Assembly: GCA_030704615.1 (NCBI GenBank)
Contig: CM060734.1
Coordinates: 61,194,001-61,258,000 of the forward strand
From: Takakia lepidozioides
Taxonomy: Eukaryota; Plantae; Bryophyta
Direction: 5' to 3'
DNA length: 64,000 bases
Part shown: piece after piece, positions 52,201 to 64,000 of the stretch
Position numbering within the stretch: the stretch's first letter is position 1
Layout of the letters: each line of letters starts with the position of its first letter
Program-made: the position numbers and the translations under genes
The notes under the pieces: model-generated
Seen by the model: the letters and a program-made list of their open reading frames with translations, nothing else
What the model was told of the DNA's origin: nothing
Database searches by the model: none

Positions 52201-52671
52201 AATTTGGGTGGGAGAGCTAGTGATCGGGTGGGGAACGGATGTCGAAGTGGGTCAAGAGCCCGAAGCATGCAGAGAGAAGTTGAGAGAGGCTGTTACCTAT
52301 TGCAACATGCGTCGCAACCACCAGAGCCTCCAAGTGACATGAGGGTTGAAGCACGATTTGTTTGTGTCGTAGCATGAGGAGAGCATGAGCCTCTCTTGGT
52401 ATACACAGGAGTCCAACGAGAAGCAGCATAATGGTAGGGTGGTGATAGAGGGTTGAGCCATAGATGCATTAAAAGCACTCGGGGGTAGAGAGGAGAAGAC
52501 AACAAGTAATTCATTACAACCACCTGATGACCTCTGACCTCCTATATAAAGATCTATGAAGACTTTTATGTGGGGGAGAATGGGACAACCGCATTGCATT
52601 GATTGTGACAGCTATGTGCACTTTGAACATTTAGCTTTAATTTAGACGAAAAATTTAGCATAGTAATTTAT

Positions 52672-53081
52672 GCCTCTCATTTTACGATAATAGGGTCTTC
52701 AATGGGCACGTGCGATGTGGCCGGTGGGCCCCGCGCACGGACGCCCGGCTCCCCAGCACCCCGCCCGCCGCTGCGCGCGGTCGCCTAGCCGCGGGCGCGG
52801 CTGCAGCAACCACGCCCGCGCCCCCGTCCGCCGCGCGGCCAGTCCCCCGCCCATGAGTCCGCTGCCCTCCAGTCTGCCAGTCCGCTGCTGGCCAGTCTGC
52901 TGCCCAGCAGTCTGCCAGTCCGCCAGTCCGCTGCTGGCCAGTCCGTTGCCCAGCAGTCTGCCAGTCCGCCAGTCTGCCCGCCAGTCCGCTGGCCAGTCCC
53001 CTGCCATCTAGTCCGCTGACGGCACAAGATCGCCACCGTCCATTCCCATAACCCATCCGAGCCCTCTATTTTTAGGGCTGC
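52672..53081 (+). repeat. Left TIR (~410 bp, GC-rich, with an AGTCYG array)
   Basis: Reverse complement of 63160-63501, with extra internal repeat units. Confidence 0.93.
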
Positions 53082-54822
53082 GAAAATGGCAATGATCTTC
53101 CCACCAAATCCCGGCCGCTCTCTTTTGACGGCTGTTTGTTGTCCGATGTTGCGGTAGGCGTTTCCATGCACGCGACTGTTCCTCTTTTGCGCGCGATGTT
53201 CATGATGATGATGAAGCGTGTGCTTGAACATGAGAGGACTGTCTCGGCACTACAGCCACCATCGTGCATATGCTTCCACTATTTTTGCCTTCGTGTTGTG
53301 CTTTCGGGAATCTTTGTTTTATGGTTTGGTTCTATGTCATAAATATGGAAAATGCGGACATCTGTCGTCGATAACGTCCTCTGCTTGTGATCCATCATGA
53401 TACGTTTAGCCCCTTCGTGCTGCATCCCTCATGAGAGCCTTCACAAGTTTAGTTCGTTAAAGGAACCCATGGGTAACATCGGTGTGAAAATGGCGGAAGC
53501 GTATGCACATGGGGCGTGTATTGCAGATTTCGTATCGGACGATGGGACTGTTTATGTGACCAAGTATAGCGGCTTGCATCCGTCGTGCATAAGTTGTGGA
53601 AAAGGGTGGAGAATTTGAAGAAACCCAGCTTTGTGATGGATCCACATGGTATTATATAAAGGATGGCAGCACAAAAAAGCAATTCGAGTCGTCACGGAAC
53701 ACCATCCAGTCGTACGGTCCTCAAACATCCACACGCACCTGCTGAATGCAGATGTCTGAGCCACGACGGGAGTAGGTGCAGAATCGGTACATTGTCGCAT
53801 TTGCCAGGAGACGGACCAGGCTGAGACAATTGCATCTGCAAATGCGCGTGGATGTTTGAGGTCTGTTGTGTCGCGAGTCTGTTCACAGTGGGTCCGCTGG
53901 CCCATCAGTGCTCCGGATATTCCCCTTATCGCGTGCATAACAGTCAGTTTGGAGGCGGTCTGCTGGAAGTCCGTCTGTTGGGATATCAGTCTGTCGCACT
54001 TGTGAATTTGTCAGTCTGTTGTGTCGGAAGTCTGTTGCACTAAATCTGTTTGACTTCTTATTTTCCCTCCGGTCAGTCTTTTGGCTTGTTCTCCCGCCAG
54101 TCTGGCGAAACGTCCGTCTGCTGGACAGTTCTCCTCTATGGATATCAGTCTGTTGGACTGTGCATGCATCAATCTGTTGTGCCGCGAGTCTGTTCGCAAT
54201 GGGTGTGTTCGACTTTCCTGTTCTCCCCTTACTCTCTTTTGTCGGACCGCCAGTCCAGCGGACTATTCGCTTTGCTGAGGCGAAGCGGCTTCATATTGGA
54301 GGCACTTCCCTGCCATCAGACTCTCGGCCCGATGGGAAATGAGTCTGTTGCACTTGCGAGGACCGTGGATGAATTTAGTACGATGCGTTCGTTCGGTGGA
54401 CGTATTCAATGCGATGACGGCGGATAGTTGGCGCCTGTGAAATCGCGCCACGTTGGCAGTGCCATGCCCGCTTTCCCCCTTCTACTTCTACTTTCTTCTC
54501 ATGTTCCCTGTGCGATCGACTCCATTCTCTTCGCGCCAGTTTCTTCGCACTGTTTTGCACTGTTTTGTTTTCCTCTTTGCGTTTCCATCACCGTAACGAA
54601 AGACGGCCGTTCTTCCCCAGGTGTGGAGAGTCGCGGTGAGCCGCGAAGCGTCGCAAACACGTTCGCCTTCGTAACAACTCGAAGTTCATCGGCTCGGTGA
54701 GGTTTTCACTTGCTGCGGTGTTTCCAATCCATTCTGTGTCCTCTTCTTGCTTAGGGTGAGTCTTTTCATAGGACTTCTATCTGTCGCTCATTGTCCTTGC
54801 ACCCTCGTTTCATTCTGCAGTG

Positions 54823-57800
54823 ATGGAGGATGCTTGTGAAAAGGATGGAGCGGACTGGGTGGATTTTGTGCACCAAACCAGACTGAAGAAGAAGCGAAGG
54901 TACTCGTACTCACCAGACAAGTTTGATCATAAAATAGTGGAAGCATTTGTAGACCTCCGTGCCCGGAAGCCCACAAACTCGAATTGGCAGAAGGACAAGC
55001 TCTTCTGTCCCTTCTGTGAAGAGGTTATCAAGGACAAAATCCAACTAAATCGGCATTGTGTTGACACGGGTTGCAAGGAGACTGTTGCAATGATTCCACG
55101 GGATTTCAAACCTTGGCCGATACTGAAAGAAATGTCGATTGTCAAAGAGGCCACAATGCGCTTGCGCGGATCAGTGCTTGACCCCCGCACTTTGGAATTA
55201 GACGAAGTGCGCGCACGGTATGGCGTCCATTCTGGTGGCCCGTCAATGGAGGATTTGCAAGTGCAGGGAACGCCGGACGCTGCCAGAAAACGTAAACTGA
55301 GTGATGGGGCCCAAAAAAAGGAGAGGCAAAAAAAAGAGAAGGCTGCAAGGTCTGCTCGCGAGGCAAGGGCAAAATCCACACAACAGACTTAACCCCGTCC
55401 TGGGCGGCAGACCCACACCATCAGTACTGATACTGAAAGTGAATCTGCTCAGGGCCTGGAAGGGGTGACAAGTCCAGTGGACATTGACTTGTTTGACCAG
55501 ACTCGGCAGCAGACTTACCAAAAACCAAAAACTCAACAGAGCATTGAAGGGCCAGTCTGCCCTGGCACATTGTGCCTCGTTGACTTTGGGCTTTTCCCAC
55601 CAGAGTGCCCACCAATTGGGGATCCAGACTTCTTCCGTTATTTCTACAGAGTTGCCCAGTCAGGTCTGCTACGCACATTCATCCGACAGGCGGAATAGAA
55701 CTGGTTGAACAGCTTTGAAGATGAAGATGACGATGATGAAGTAGAGGAGGTAATGGTCAGTCTGACCGCCCAATCTGTTCTCTGTGCTGTTTGAGTCCAT
55801 CATCGGGATCACGTTGTCTATTCAGTCTGGTCAGTCCGCTGCGTTCTCTCCTCAGTCCGCTGGCTCACTCCGCTCGTCAGTTAGTCTGTTTTATATCGCT
55901 GCATTACTTACTGAGTCCGTTTGTCAGTCCGCTGGTCCAGTCCACTGGTATAGTCTACTAGTTGCCTCCACCCTACGTATGCACGTTACGTCTGTCAGTC
56001 TGCTGGTCTATGAGTCCAGCCCGCTGCATGAGGTGAATATAGAGTCCACGTCCAAGTTCTCTGCCTTGTACGAGGATGAACGTGTTTCTATTCGTAGGGC
56101 CATTCAGGCTTGGCGGATACCTAGCAATGATGCTCCTTTACAAGCGACTGCAGTGCATGCGGAAGTGGACCGCGTGCGAGAGTACATATTATTGAAGTAT
56201 CCTGGGTCATCTGCTGCTATAGCAACATTACATATTCAAGACGCATCGGGGGGGAATGCGTCTGGGACAGCCGAGTCTGTCATCCAGCAGACTCCCATTC
56301 AGCAGGCCGTCATCCAGCAGACTCCCGTTCAGCAGCCTGTCATCCAGCAGACTCCAACGGAGCAGACTCCCAACGAGCAGCTTGTCATCCTGCAGACTCC
56401 TCTCCAGGAGCCCATCATGCAGCCCATGCCAATGGGAAGTCCTGTCATCCAACAGACTGCAGACCAGCAGACTGACCAGCCGACTGCCTTTCTCTCACAT
56501 AGCACGACGTTTTTTGCAGTTTGGCGATCGCCATCACTGTTAATTCGACCCGGAGTTGAAGACCTCATACTTCCCCGGCTTAGGGTAGGAGAAATTAATC
56601 CCCATTTGGATTGGCATAATGAGCTCCACCGGATTGTTGCGGACCGCCGGTGGTCATTTGTACCCTTTCATTATTCCATGGAGTTTTCTATTGAAGAAGC
56701 CAACCATGTTCTGGAAGCCGCCTCTGTTGTTGCCATTGAAGCCACAAGCGTCCAAAATGCGCCGCCTCTACTTGTGCAGCTGATTCTCATGGATGACCCA
56801 CGGCCTGAAGACCTCAGACATATGCCTATGGCACATCCAACCTTTGGGGTGCGAAGAAAGCACTTGTTCGGATTGACTGAGGAGGACTTTGAGCGCATGA
56901 CAGCTTCCTTCCTACAACACAGATGGATGCAATTTGGCAATTTTCGCTCATACAACAAGTTGATGAAGGATCTGCACAGTTTGAGGATGGACTTACTCCA
57001 TGGAACAGACCATTCACAGAACTTTGTGGTGGATGACGCATTGCACTGGTTTGCATTGGTGATGGAGCGAGTAGTATTCGACATTGTTTTGCAGAATCCT
57101 AATGTCTTCAAAGTCCTGTGGTGTGGGATCCCAACTGAAGACCGCATCAGCGCCATTGCTCATCTCGATGGAGTATGCCTGTGCCGGCAAATCAAGGACA
57201 TTGGCCTCGTCGGAAATCTCTTGGAAGGTAAAATGTTATGGGCAACTTTTGTGTTTCAGCTCAATTTCTTTTGCCAACTTTTTTAGAAGTTCACATTTGC
57301 ATAAACATATGTTGCAGGGTGAGTTGATCTAGGAGAAAAGCAAGTGCAGGCTGCTTTCGACTCTTTTGCCAGAGGTGCAAGGGACCTTGTCCTGGCTTTA
57401 CAAGGAGTTTGGGAGACTGTCCAGCAGACTGGCCACAAGAATGTCCAACAACATATATCCCTACGACACATGTGGGCAGACTGCCCAAGTGCTGGAGACC
57501 AAGCATGTGCACCAGACCGTCCCGGGTAATAGGTCGGATCACTCCCAGCAGACTGCCCCGCACACACATACTCAGTATGTGCAAACAGTACTGAGCGGAC
57601 AACAAATTTTGTAGACTTTGCAGCAGACCGGAGAACAGACCGGCCAACAGACTGCCCCTCAGCTGATTGTGCATCAGACCAGCAAACATGGCCACCAGAC
57701 TGCCCCTCAGCAGACTATACAACAGACCGTGCAGCAGACCGACGAATCCAGCTAGCAGATTGCCCCTCAGCAGACTGTGCAGCACACTGGCGAACCCACT

Positions 57801-59401
57801 CAGCAGATGGCCGAGCAGACTATCCAGGAGACTAACAGCCAGTCTGTTCCCTGGATTGTGCAACAGACTCGGATGCACTGGCCTCACTGGGACCCTGTGG
57901 ACGAATTTCTGCTGAGTTCCCAACAACATGTTTTTGGATCTGTCAGTATGAGTGTTTTGACCGAGTCCACTTTTCCACCAAGCACATTCACTGACGACGT
58001 CATCAGGTCACCGGTAAAGCATTCTTATCCAGCTCCCCGTGGCCTGCCTTCTATGACCTTCCAGCTTAGTCCCGTTTTTGTGCGCTCAGTGGCGAAAGCC
58101 ATAGATGAGTCTTACGTGATGACCGAACTCAATCTGGGAACGCAAAACCATATCATAGATCTTACAGAAGAGTCTGAGGAAGCAATTGCCGGTGGGTCTC
58201 CCATACATGTTCTTGATGTTTCCCAAGTCCATGGAGATCCGAACACCCAGCCGGCTGTCCACCAGATTGACCAGCACACTGAACAGTGGACACATGGAAG
58301 GACTGCCGAACAACCTGTGGCGGGGCAGCATATTGTCTTCATTGATGAGCAGACTGAACCGCAGACTAACCGGCAGACTGCATAGGTCACAGATGGAAGG
58401 ACTGACCAGGATGGCTCGGAGTGGCAGACTGCACAGCTCAGCTCTGACTGCACAGTTCAGACTGCACGGCCTGACCAACACACTACACACTTCACAGAGG
58501 GAAGGACTGATGACCAACCTGCCACCGAGCACACTGCCCACATTGAGGAAGAGACTGAACCGCAGAGTTGCCAATAGACTGCACAGTTCACAGACGAAAG
58601 AACTGACGAAGAACCGGCGGCCGAGCAGACTGCCCACATTGAGCAACAGATTGAACATGATGGCAGACACACTGACAAGGAACCATATGCGGCGCAGACA
58701 CCGTCTGGTATAGCACTGGATTACATGGAGTCTGCTCCCTCACCCCTTAGGCAGGTTGTGCCATTTCCTCTTTCAGCACTGTTGTTTATGTTTTAGCACA
58801 TTGTGAAATTGGGCTAATTCGCCATTTTGCTCGGTATCCTCACAGGATGTTCGTCCCTCCGTCGGCAGACTGTCTACTTCTGAGGACATGACATCTTTTG
58901 CCCATGCTGCAAACGTGGGATCGACAACCAAGAAAGGTGTGGGGGTGAGCACGCCCCCCGATGCGTGGGTCAGTTCTACGCATGCGACCCACGAAGCTGC
59001 AAAGACAAGTCCAGCAAGTGTAAACAAACCTGCTGACCAGCCTCTGTTGCGAAGTAAGGCGGCAGCGCTGCGTTTGTCTGCTATATCCAGCCCGCCTACA
59101 GCTGTCCCTACTTCCCAGGGGAGAGGCAAAACATGAGATTGTCCAAGCATTTCAGTTCCACGCGCCTGATGTGCCCCAGCAACCATTCAGCTGGGAGTGT
59201 GGCTTTTACGTCATGTCATTCATTCAAGTATTTTATGAGTGTGTAAAAGTCAGAGCAAATGTCTCCAAGACTGCAAAGCCAAAGAGAGAAACACATTTCA
59301 CGAAGGACTGGTTTACTTTCAAGTTTGCACTTGGGCAGCGAATACAGTGTGCCCAGTATATCGTGCGGGGATTGGATAATGTAGAGAAACTGCTCTCATG
59401 A
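54823..59401 (+). pseudogene. MULE cargo gene: N-terminal CxxC-H-C zinc-finger-like region, Q/T-rich repeats and a C-terminal Ulp1/C48 protease remnant
   Basis: Long spliced reading frames: 54823-~55750 (stops at 55390 and 55696), 56108-57227, ~57320-58753, 58846-59136, 59156-59401. LFCPFCEE...NRHC; last exon DVPQQPFSWECGFYVMSF. It may be more than one gene. Confidence 0.65.
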
Positions 59402-59675
59402 GTATGATGTACTTGTCCATTGAAGTCTATGTACCAAAATAAAAAATGCGAGTCTTTTACTGGCGCTTGCAGTCTGTTGACTGTGACTTTGTTGGGAGAC
59501 TGTGTGGGAGTCAGTTGGGAGACTGGAGGAGTCCGTTGGGAGACTGTGCATTAGTCCATTGCGGACTTGTATTTCAGAAAGGGACAATGCTACCAGAGGA
59601 ATTGCAGACTTATATTGTTTTCTTCGTGACACCTACACGACGTGAAACCTTGTCTCTTTTCGAGGCATTGCAGAC

Positions 59676-62600
59676 TTATATTGTTTTCTTCGTGACATCT
59701 ATACGACCTGAAACCTTGCGAATTTTCGAGTATATATGTGCTGCAGGTGCAGGTGCAGACACCCTCTTGCTGGTTCTCCGCAAAACCCTAGGACAGGTTT
59801 TCCAGGCCTCCACGAAATCTCGTCTCCTTTTCAGAGACATGTTGTTGTTGTCGTTCAGAGGACGGAAAGCCTTCGCTGCCGCAGGGTGCAACATTCCAGC
59901 CGCACTTTTCGCCAGGATATCAACGAGCTGCCCTCTGTACATATGAAGAGCAGATCGGGCATGTGCCTCCAGGTATTTGTCATCACCTACAATGCGAAGT
60001 ATGTCCGCGAATTCTTGTTCCATTGAGACCTCCAGAGGTGCCTCGTCGTAGGGGAAGTCGTCCGGAGGATGTCTTTTCATGAACTGATTGGATTCGTCGT
60101 TGCCGCCGGCACCGTTGCCCAAGAGCAAGTTAGGTAATCCTCCATGAATGGTTCCCAGCGCCGTGCCACAAGCGCGCACAAGGAGGCCATCCTACAGGTC
60201 AGGGTGAAGCATCTTCAGGACACGGACCTGATGCTTGCATAAGTTTCCCTTCATTGCCCATGGGCACGTGCAACAACCCCAATCGCAATCAGGATTGTAA
60301 ACAATATATGTTGTGCCGGGGTGGTTGCTGCTGAGAACGTAGGCTGGTTCACCAGGACCCAAAGGAAGAGTAACACTCTCAGCAGGAATGTCTCATGCCG
60401 GAAGTATAGAACTGGATATGTACTTTTCGTGCTTGTCATTTCTTATGAACCCGTGGGTCTTCAAATGGATTGCGTACCAGTAGTGTGTTAGTACATGGCC
60501 AGTGAGTTCCCATATAAGCCAATCCACTCTACGACCACTCATCTTGCCTTTTCCCATGGCAAGTCTTGTTTTTAGATTTCCACGGTATGCCTCAATGCTT
60601 GCGTTTGTGTCTTGGATCGCATGAGGGACATGGCGGGCTGCTGTATACCACATTGCTATTTTGGGCTTCCAATACTGTTCAATATAGTCAAGAAATTCAT
60701 GTCCTTTCGGGTATTTTGACCTCATACGACGGATTCTCCTTGCAACCCACCGAAGCGCTATTTTCTCGTTGCGTGGTCCCCCTCTACAGTACATGAGGTC
60801 TACCATATCCTTCAACAAGTTTACAGCGGTCACCGGATCTTTCGTTTTCTTGCATGATTGCTTCACCCATGCCTTGCGGACATGCCAAAGGCAGAGGAAA
60901 ATGAGTACTCCTTCAAAAATAATTCTGCACAACACACATGATACACATTAGAGTCTTGGGATCGGACTGCAATGGTGAACTGTAACAGCGACCTGTATCA
61001 GCGGGCAGAGCCACTGGACTCGCCCAGTGGACAGTACAATGCCATGACGTTGATGTGCTGGAATAACCCCATTGGACTACCCAGTGGACTTCCCCATTGG
61101 ACTTCCCCTAGCTAGGACTGGGGCAACGGACTGCCCCATTGGACTGCCACAACGGACTGCCGAGCGGACTTGCCAGGGATTGCCGAGTGGACTTGGCAGC
61201 GGACGGCCGACCCCAGGGACTGCTGAGTGGACTTGCCAGCGGACTTGGCAACGGACTGCCGAGCGGACTTGCCGGGGACTGATGAGCGGACTTGATAGCG
61301 GACTACCAGTGGATTTGCCCAGCGAACTGCCATCGGGTTTCGCCACAAGAGTCTGCCAGTGGACTGTAGCAATGGACCGGTGCTGTGGACCAACAGACTT
61401 ACCGAATAACATTGATTTCTGCTTCGGCATCGTCCACAATGAAGGCATTGGGTCGCCAGCTCGGCAAATCTGCGAGGAGTGAATCGCGCAAGGCTCTCAT
61501 CCACGGAACTAGGTCTCTTGTCCGATTCCTCGCGGATAGGATATAGGCAACTGGTATACCGTTCAACCACTCGTCGAAGACCATCAACGTGTACAATGGG
61601 AACTGTTGGAATGCACAATGTAAGATGGTCAGAGCATGCAAATTCCGCTCAGTTCTGCACGATAAGACTTCATAAGAGTAATGAGGTCTGCAGCGGTTCA
61701 CAATGGGTTTGCCCCTCGGTCTTCCGCAACGTACACATGAAAACATACAGAAAGGGTCAGCACACCAAATTTTATGTGAATGTTGCATGGTACTATGCTA
61801 TCATGCTCGTACAAGTCCATGGAATCGTTCGAATAGTACATTGTCATGATTTGTCCCAAAGGTTGCATCACATGCAACGATACAGTCATGTCCTAGTTCC
61901 AGCATTCGTCGTTTCTGCCACGGAGTCTGTATGCCAATACTGAAATCTCCATCAAAATGCTCGAATGTTGGCTCTAATTTCTCTTCTTGATAGAAAAAAA
62001 CAGACGCAGGATTCTGGTCTTTCCACATGCGTACACTCTCCGCATCATCGGCGTGCTTTTTGAAGGTTTGCCACGCACGTTTCTTGGCAAGGTTGCGAAC
62101 ATCTTGCTCCAACAAGAAATCATCGCGGGTCCATGCATCGCCCAAGCCGGTGTTGTTCATCACGTGCTCTTTATGCTCCATCATGATTTGGGCGACCGAC
62201 AGGCCTCGGCACAAACACTCGACGACCCAGGCTTTCAATTCCTTGCTAATGTGTGGTGCATAGGCGTGGCGGGTATTCCTAAACTCTGCGGACTTCCCAT
62301 GCGAGGGTTTCCCTTGCGCATCTGTATGCTCCATGTTGTTGTAATACGTGAGGACACAGATGTCAGGGGCGAGATAGCATTGCTGGACCTTGAAACAGCA
62401 TTGGCAACCACGCTTGTAAGACTCTCCATACTCCGACTTCTTTCTCCTTGGGCCTTTATGAGGGCAAGATGTTCGAGCACCACAAGAGGTCATCCACGCT
62501 TCTGTTTTGGATCCTCCACTATTGCCTTGTTGGTGCGCTTGTCATCAGGACCGTAACAGCATTGATGTGTGGACAAAAAATTCTAAAATTGATATCCAAT

Positions 62601-63015
62601 GACTTGAGGAAGCATAAAATCAGAGAACTCGTGAAACAAAAAATGGCAACAGACATACAATGAAACGTCAAAAGGACTGAGGATGGTGCACACATCATAC
62701 TGGACAGAAATGTGTTGGCTCTGGGTGCTTTTCGCGAGGCGGGTTCCACTTTAGAATGGACATTCACCCAAAACTGAGTGGGGTAGTCCTCCAAACTCTC
62801 CTCTCCTAGGACAAAGTCACCAACTCTATCCCAAGGTATGCAGGCCTTTTCAACATTCACTCGCACACCCATAAACCCATATTGCGTCTCACTCTTCCAA
62901 TGAAATCCTTCCTGTTGAAGGGTCCTGGTTTTGCTGTTTACAAATATTGTCGAAGAGGCCGTATAAGCGGGCTTTCCGTGATCAGTATATCATCGGGTTT
63001 TGCTTCCACGTCCAT
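59676..63015 (-). pseudogene. MULE DDE transposase with SWIM zinc finger, disrupted
   Basis: KRGCQC...H..H N-terminal zinc domain, DATFGTN (D1), IVDDAEAE (D2), CLWHVRKAW, ASIEAY (E), SWIM CTCPWAMKGNLCKH (~60230-60275). Introns at ~62695-62566, ~61839-61604 and 61402-60928. Stops at 62938 and 60192, plus frameshifts. Confidence 0.92.
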
Positions 63016-63159
63016 GCCCTATATAGTACAAAGGACACGCTTCTGAACATGCAAGAAACGTGCCGTAGTACAGGACACGATCGACAACGTGCCAGGAGAA
63101 CAGTGCGCACGTTCGCGGCTGCTGGCAAGTGGCAAGCGGCATGGATGCAGATTTGAATT

Positions 63160-63501
63160 GCAGCCCTAAAAATAGAGGGCTCGGGTTATGGGAATGGACG
63201 GTGACGATCTTGCGCCGTCAGCGGACTGGATGACAGGGGACTGGCCAGCGGACTGGCGGACTGGCAGATTGCTGGGCAGCAGATTTGCCAGCAGCGGACT
63301 GGCAGACTGGAGGGCAGCGGACTCATGGGCGGGGGACTGGCCGCGCGGCGGACGGGGCGCGGGCGCGGTTGTTGCAGCCGCGTCTGCGGCTGGGCGACCG
63401 CGCGCGGCGGCGGGCGGGGCGGAGGGTGGGCGTCCGTGCGCGGGCCCATCGGCCACATCGCACGTGCCCATTGAAGACCCTATTATCTTAAAATGAGAGG
63501 C
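63160..63501 (-). repeat. Right TIR (~342 bp)
   Basis: Inverted copy of 52672-53081. Confidence 0.93.
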
Positions 63502-63895
63502 GTAATTTATGCTTGTTTTACCAGTTTTTTTTTGTAGACATGGCTTGCCTATTGTACTATTTTAAAAATAAAATAAAATAGGGGGATCGTAGCCATAATA
63601 AAATTTATTATAACTAATTATGACATCAAGGCACATTGGGTGGTAGCTCATTCTAGCGACGACCCAAGGTCCGAAGCTAATTTAGCGTAGAGCAAGAATA
63701 GGCTGCCAAAGTGCCACGTTTTTGTCACCACGTCATCGTCGCCACGTTTCGTCGTCAAATTCTGTCAAGTCTGCCCGAACTGCCCGTCACTCACGCGCGC
63801 GCGCTGCTGCTTCTTTCTCGCTCGCTGTCCTTCGTTTGAGTTTGCGTGTCTATGTGCGCGTCTGCCTTTGAGCGCTAGGTGTGGTTGCTGGAATC

Positions 63896-64000
63896 ATGGC
63901 TGGTGTGGAGGGATAGCACCAACAATGCAGGAGAAATTCACAATGAGGAGGAGAAGAAGCCTTTGGAGGGGGGGAGGTCACATTAATCTGAAAGTGAAGG
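63896..64000 (+). CDS. SUMO: SUMO, first exon (partial; two +1 G frameshifts as written)
   Basis: MAGVE[+G]DSTNNAGEIHNEEEKKPLEG[+G]GGHINLKVK matches the plant SUMO N-terminus (EE.KKP..G.HINLKVKG). Confidence 0.75.

Larger units (their letters stand above)
52672..63501. mobile_element. Full-length Mutator-like DNA transposon (MULE), 10,830 bp
   Basis: TIRs GCCTCTCATTTTA... / ...TAAAATGAGAGGC; 9-bp TSD GTAATTTAT (52663-71 and 63502-10); internal transposase and a convergent second gene. Confidence 0.96.

Noticed and set aside
50270-52660. Coding remnants between the PPR region and the MULE
   Set aside because: No recognisable domain or consistent reading frame.
52682-53231. GC-rich ORFs in the TIRs (also 63166-63496 and 61072-61482)
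   Set aside because: Open frames are a by-product of the AGTCYG repeat arrays.

Overview
Eukaryotic nuclear DNA from a land plant. Short introns, PLS-type PPR remnants and the SUMO N-terminus look bryophyte-like, but the species cannot be determined from the sequence. Three host genes look intact: a GT31 hydroxyproline O-galactosyltransferase (HPGT-like, 12 coding exons plus a stop codon split across a last intron, 5803-11832 +), an intronless 7-transmembrane protein (13617-14843 -) and UDP-glucose 6-dehydrogenase (34973-36415 +). A small secreted tandem-repeat peptide precursor lies at 25216-25752 (+). Much of the rest is decayed genes (two tandem mTERF8/pTAC15 pseudogenes, a SERK-like fragment, PLS-PPR/DYW remnants, a frameshifted SUMO start at the window end) and transposons (L1-type LINEs, a Helitron-like family, a SINE, a second non-LTR family). 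Highlights: (1) a complete 10.8-kb Mutator-like element (52672-63501) with a 9-bp TSD and 340-410-bp TIRs. Its DDE/SWIM transposase closely resembles the domesticated angiosperm SWIM genes of the At4g13970 type. It carries a convergent zinc-finger/Ulp1 cargo gene and is filled with an oriented AGTCYG motif, reminiscent of VANDAL/VANC anti-silencing systems. A 67-bp derivative with its own TSD lies 8 kb away. (2) A 454-bp TTAA/CCC...GGG piggyBac-like element in a plant. (3) The multi-repeat DYWKA...PPK secreted peptide. (4) An array of palindromes separated by telomere-like spacers (41490-42200). All family assignments rest on motif recognition and recall; no database searches were run.
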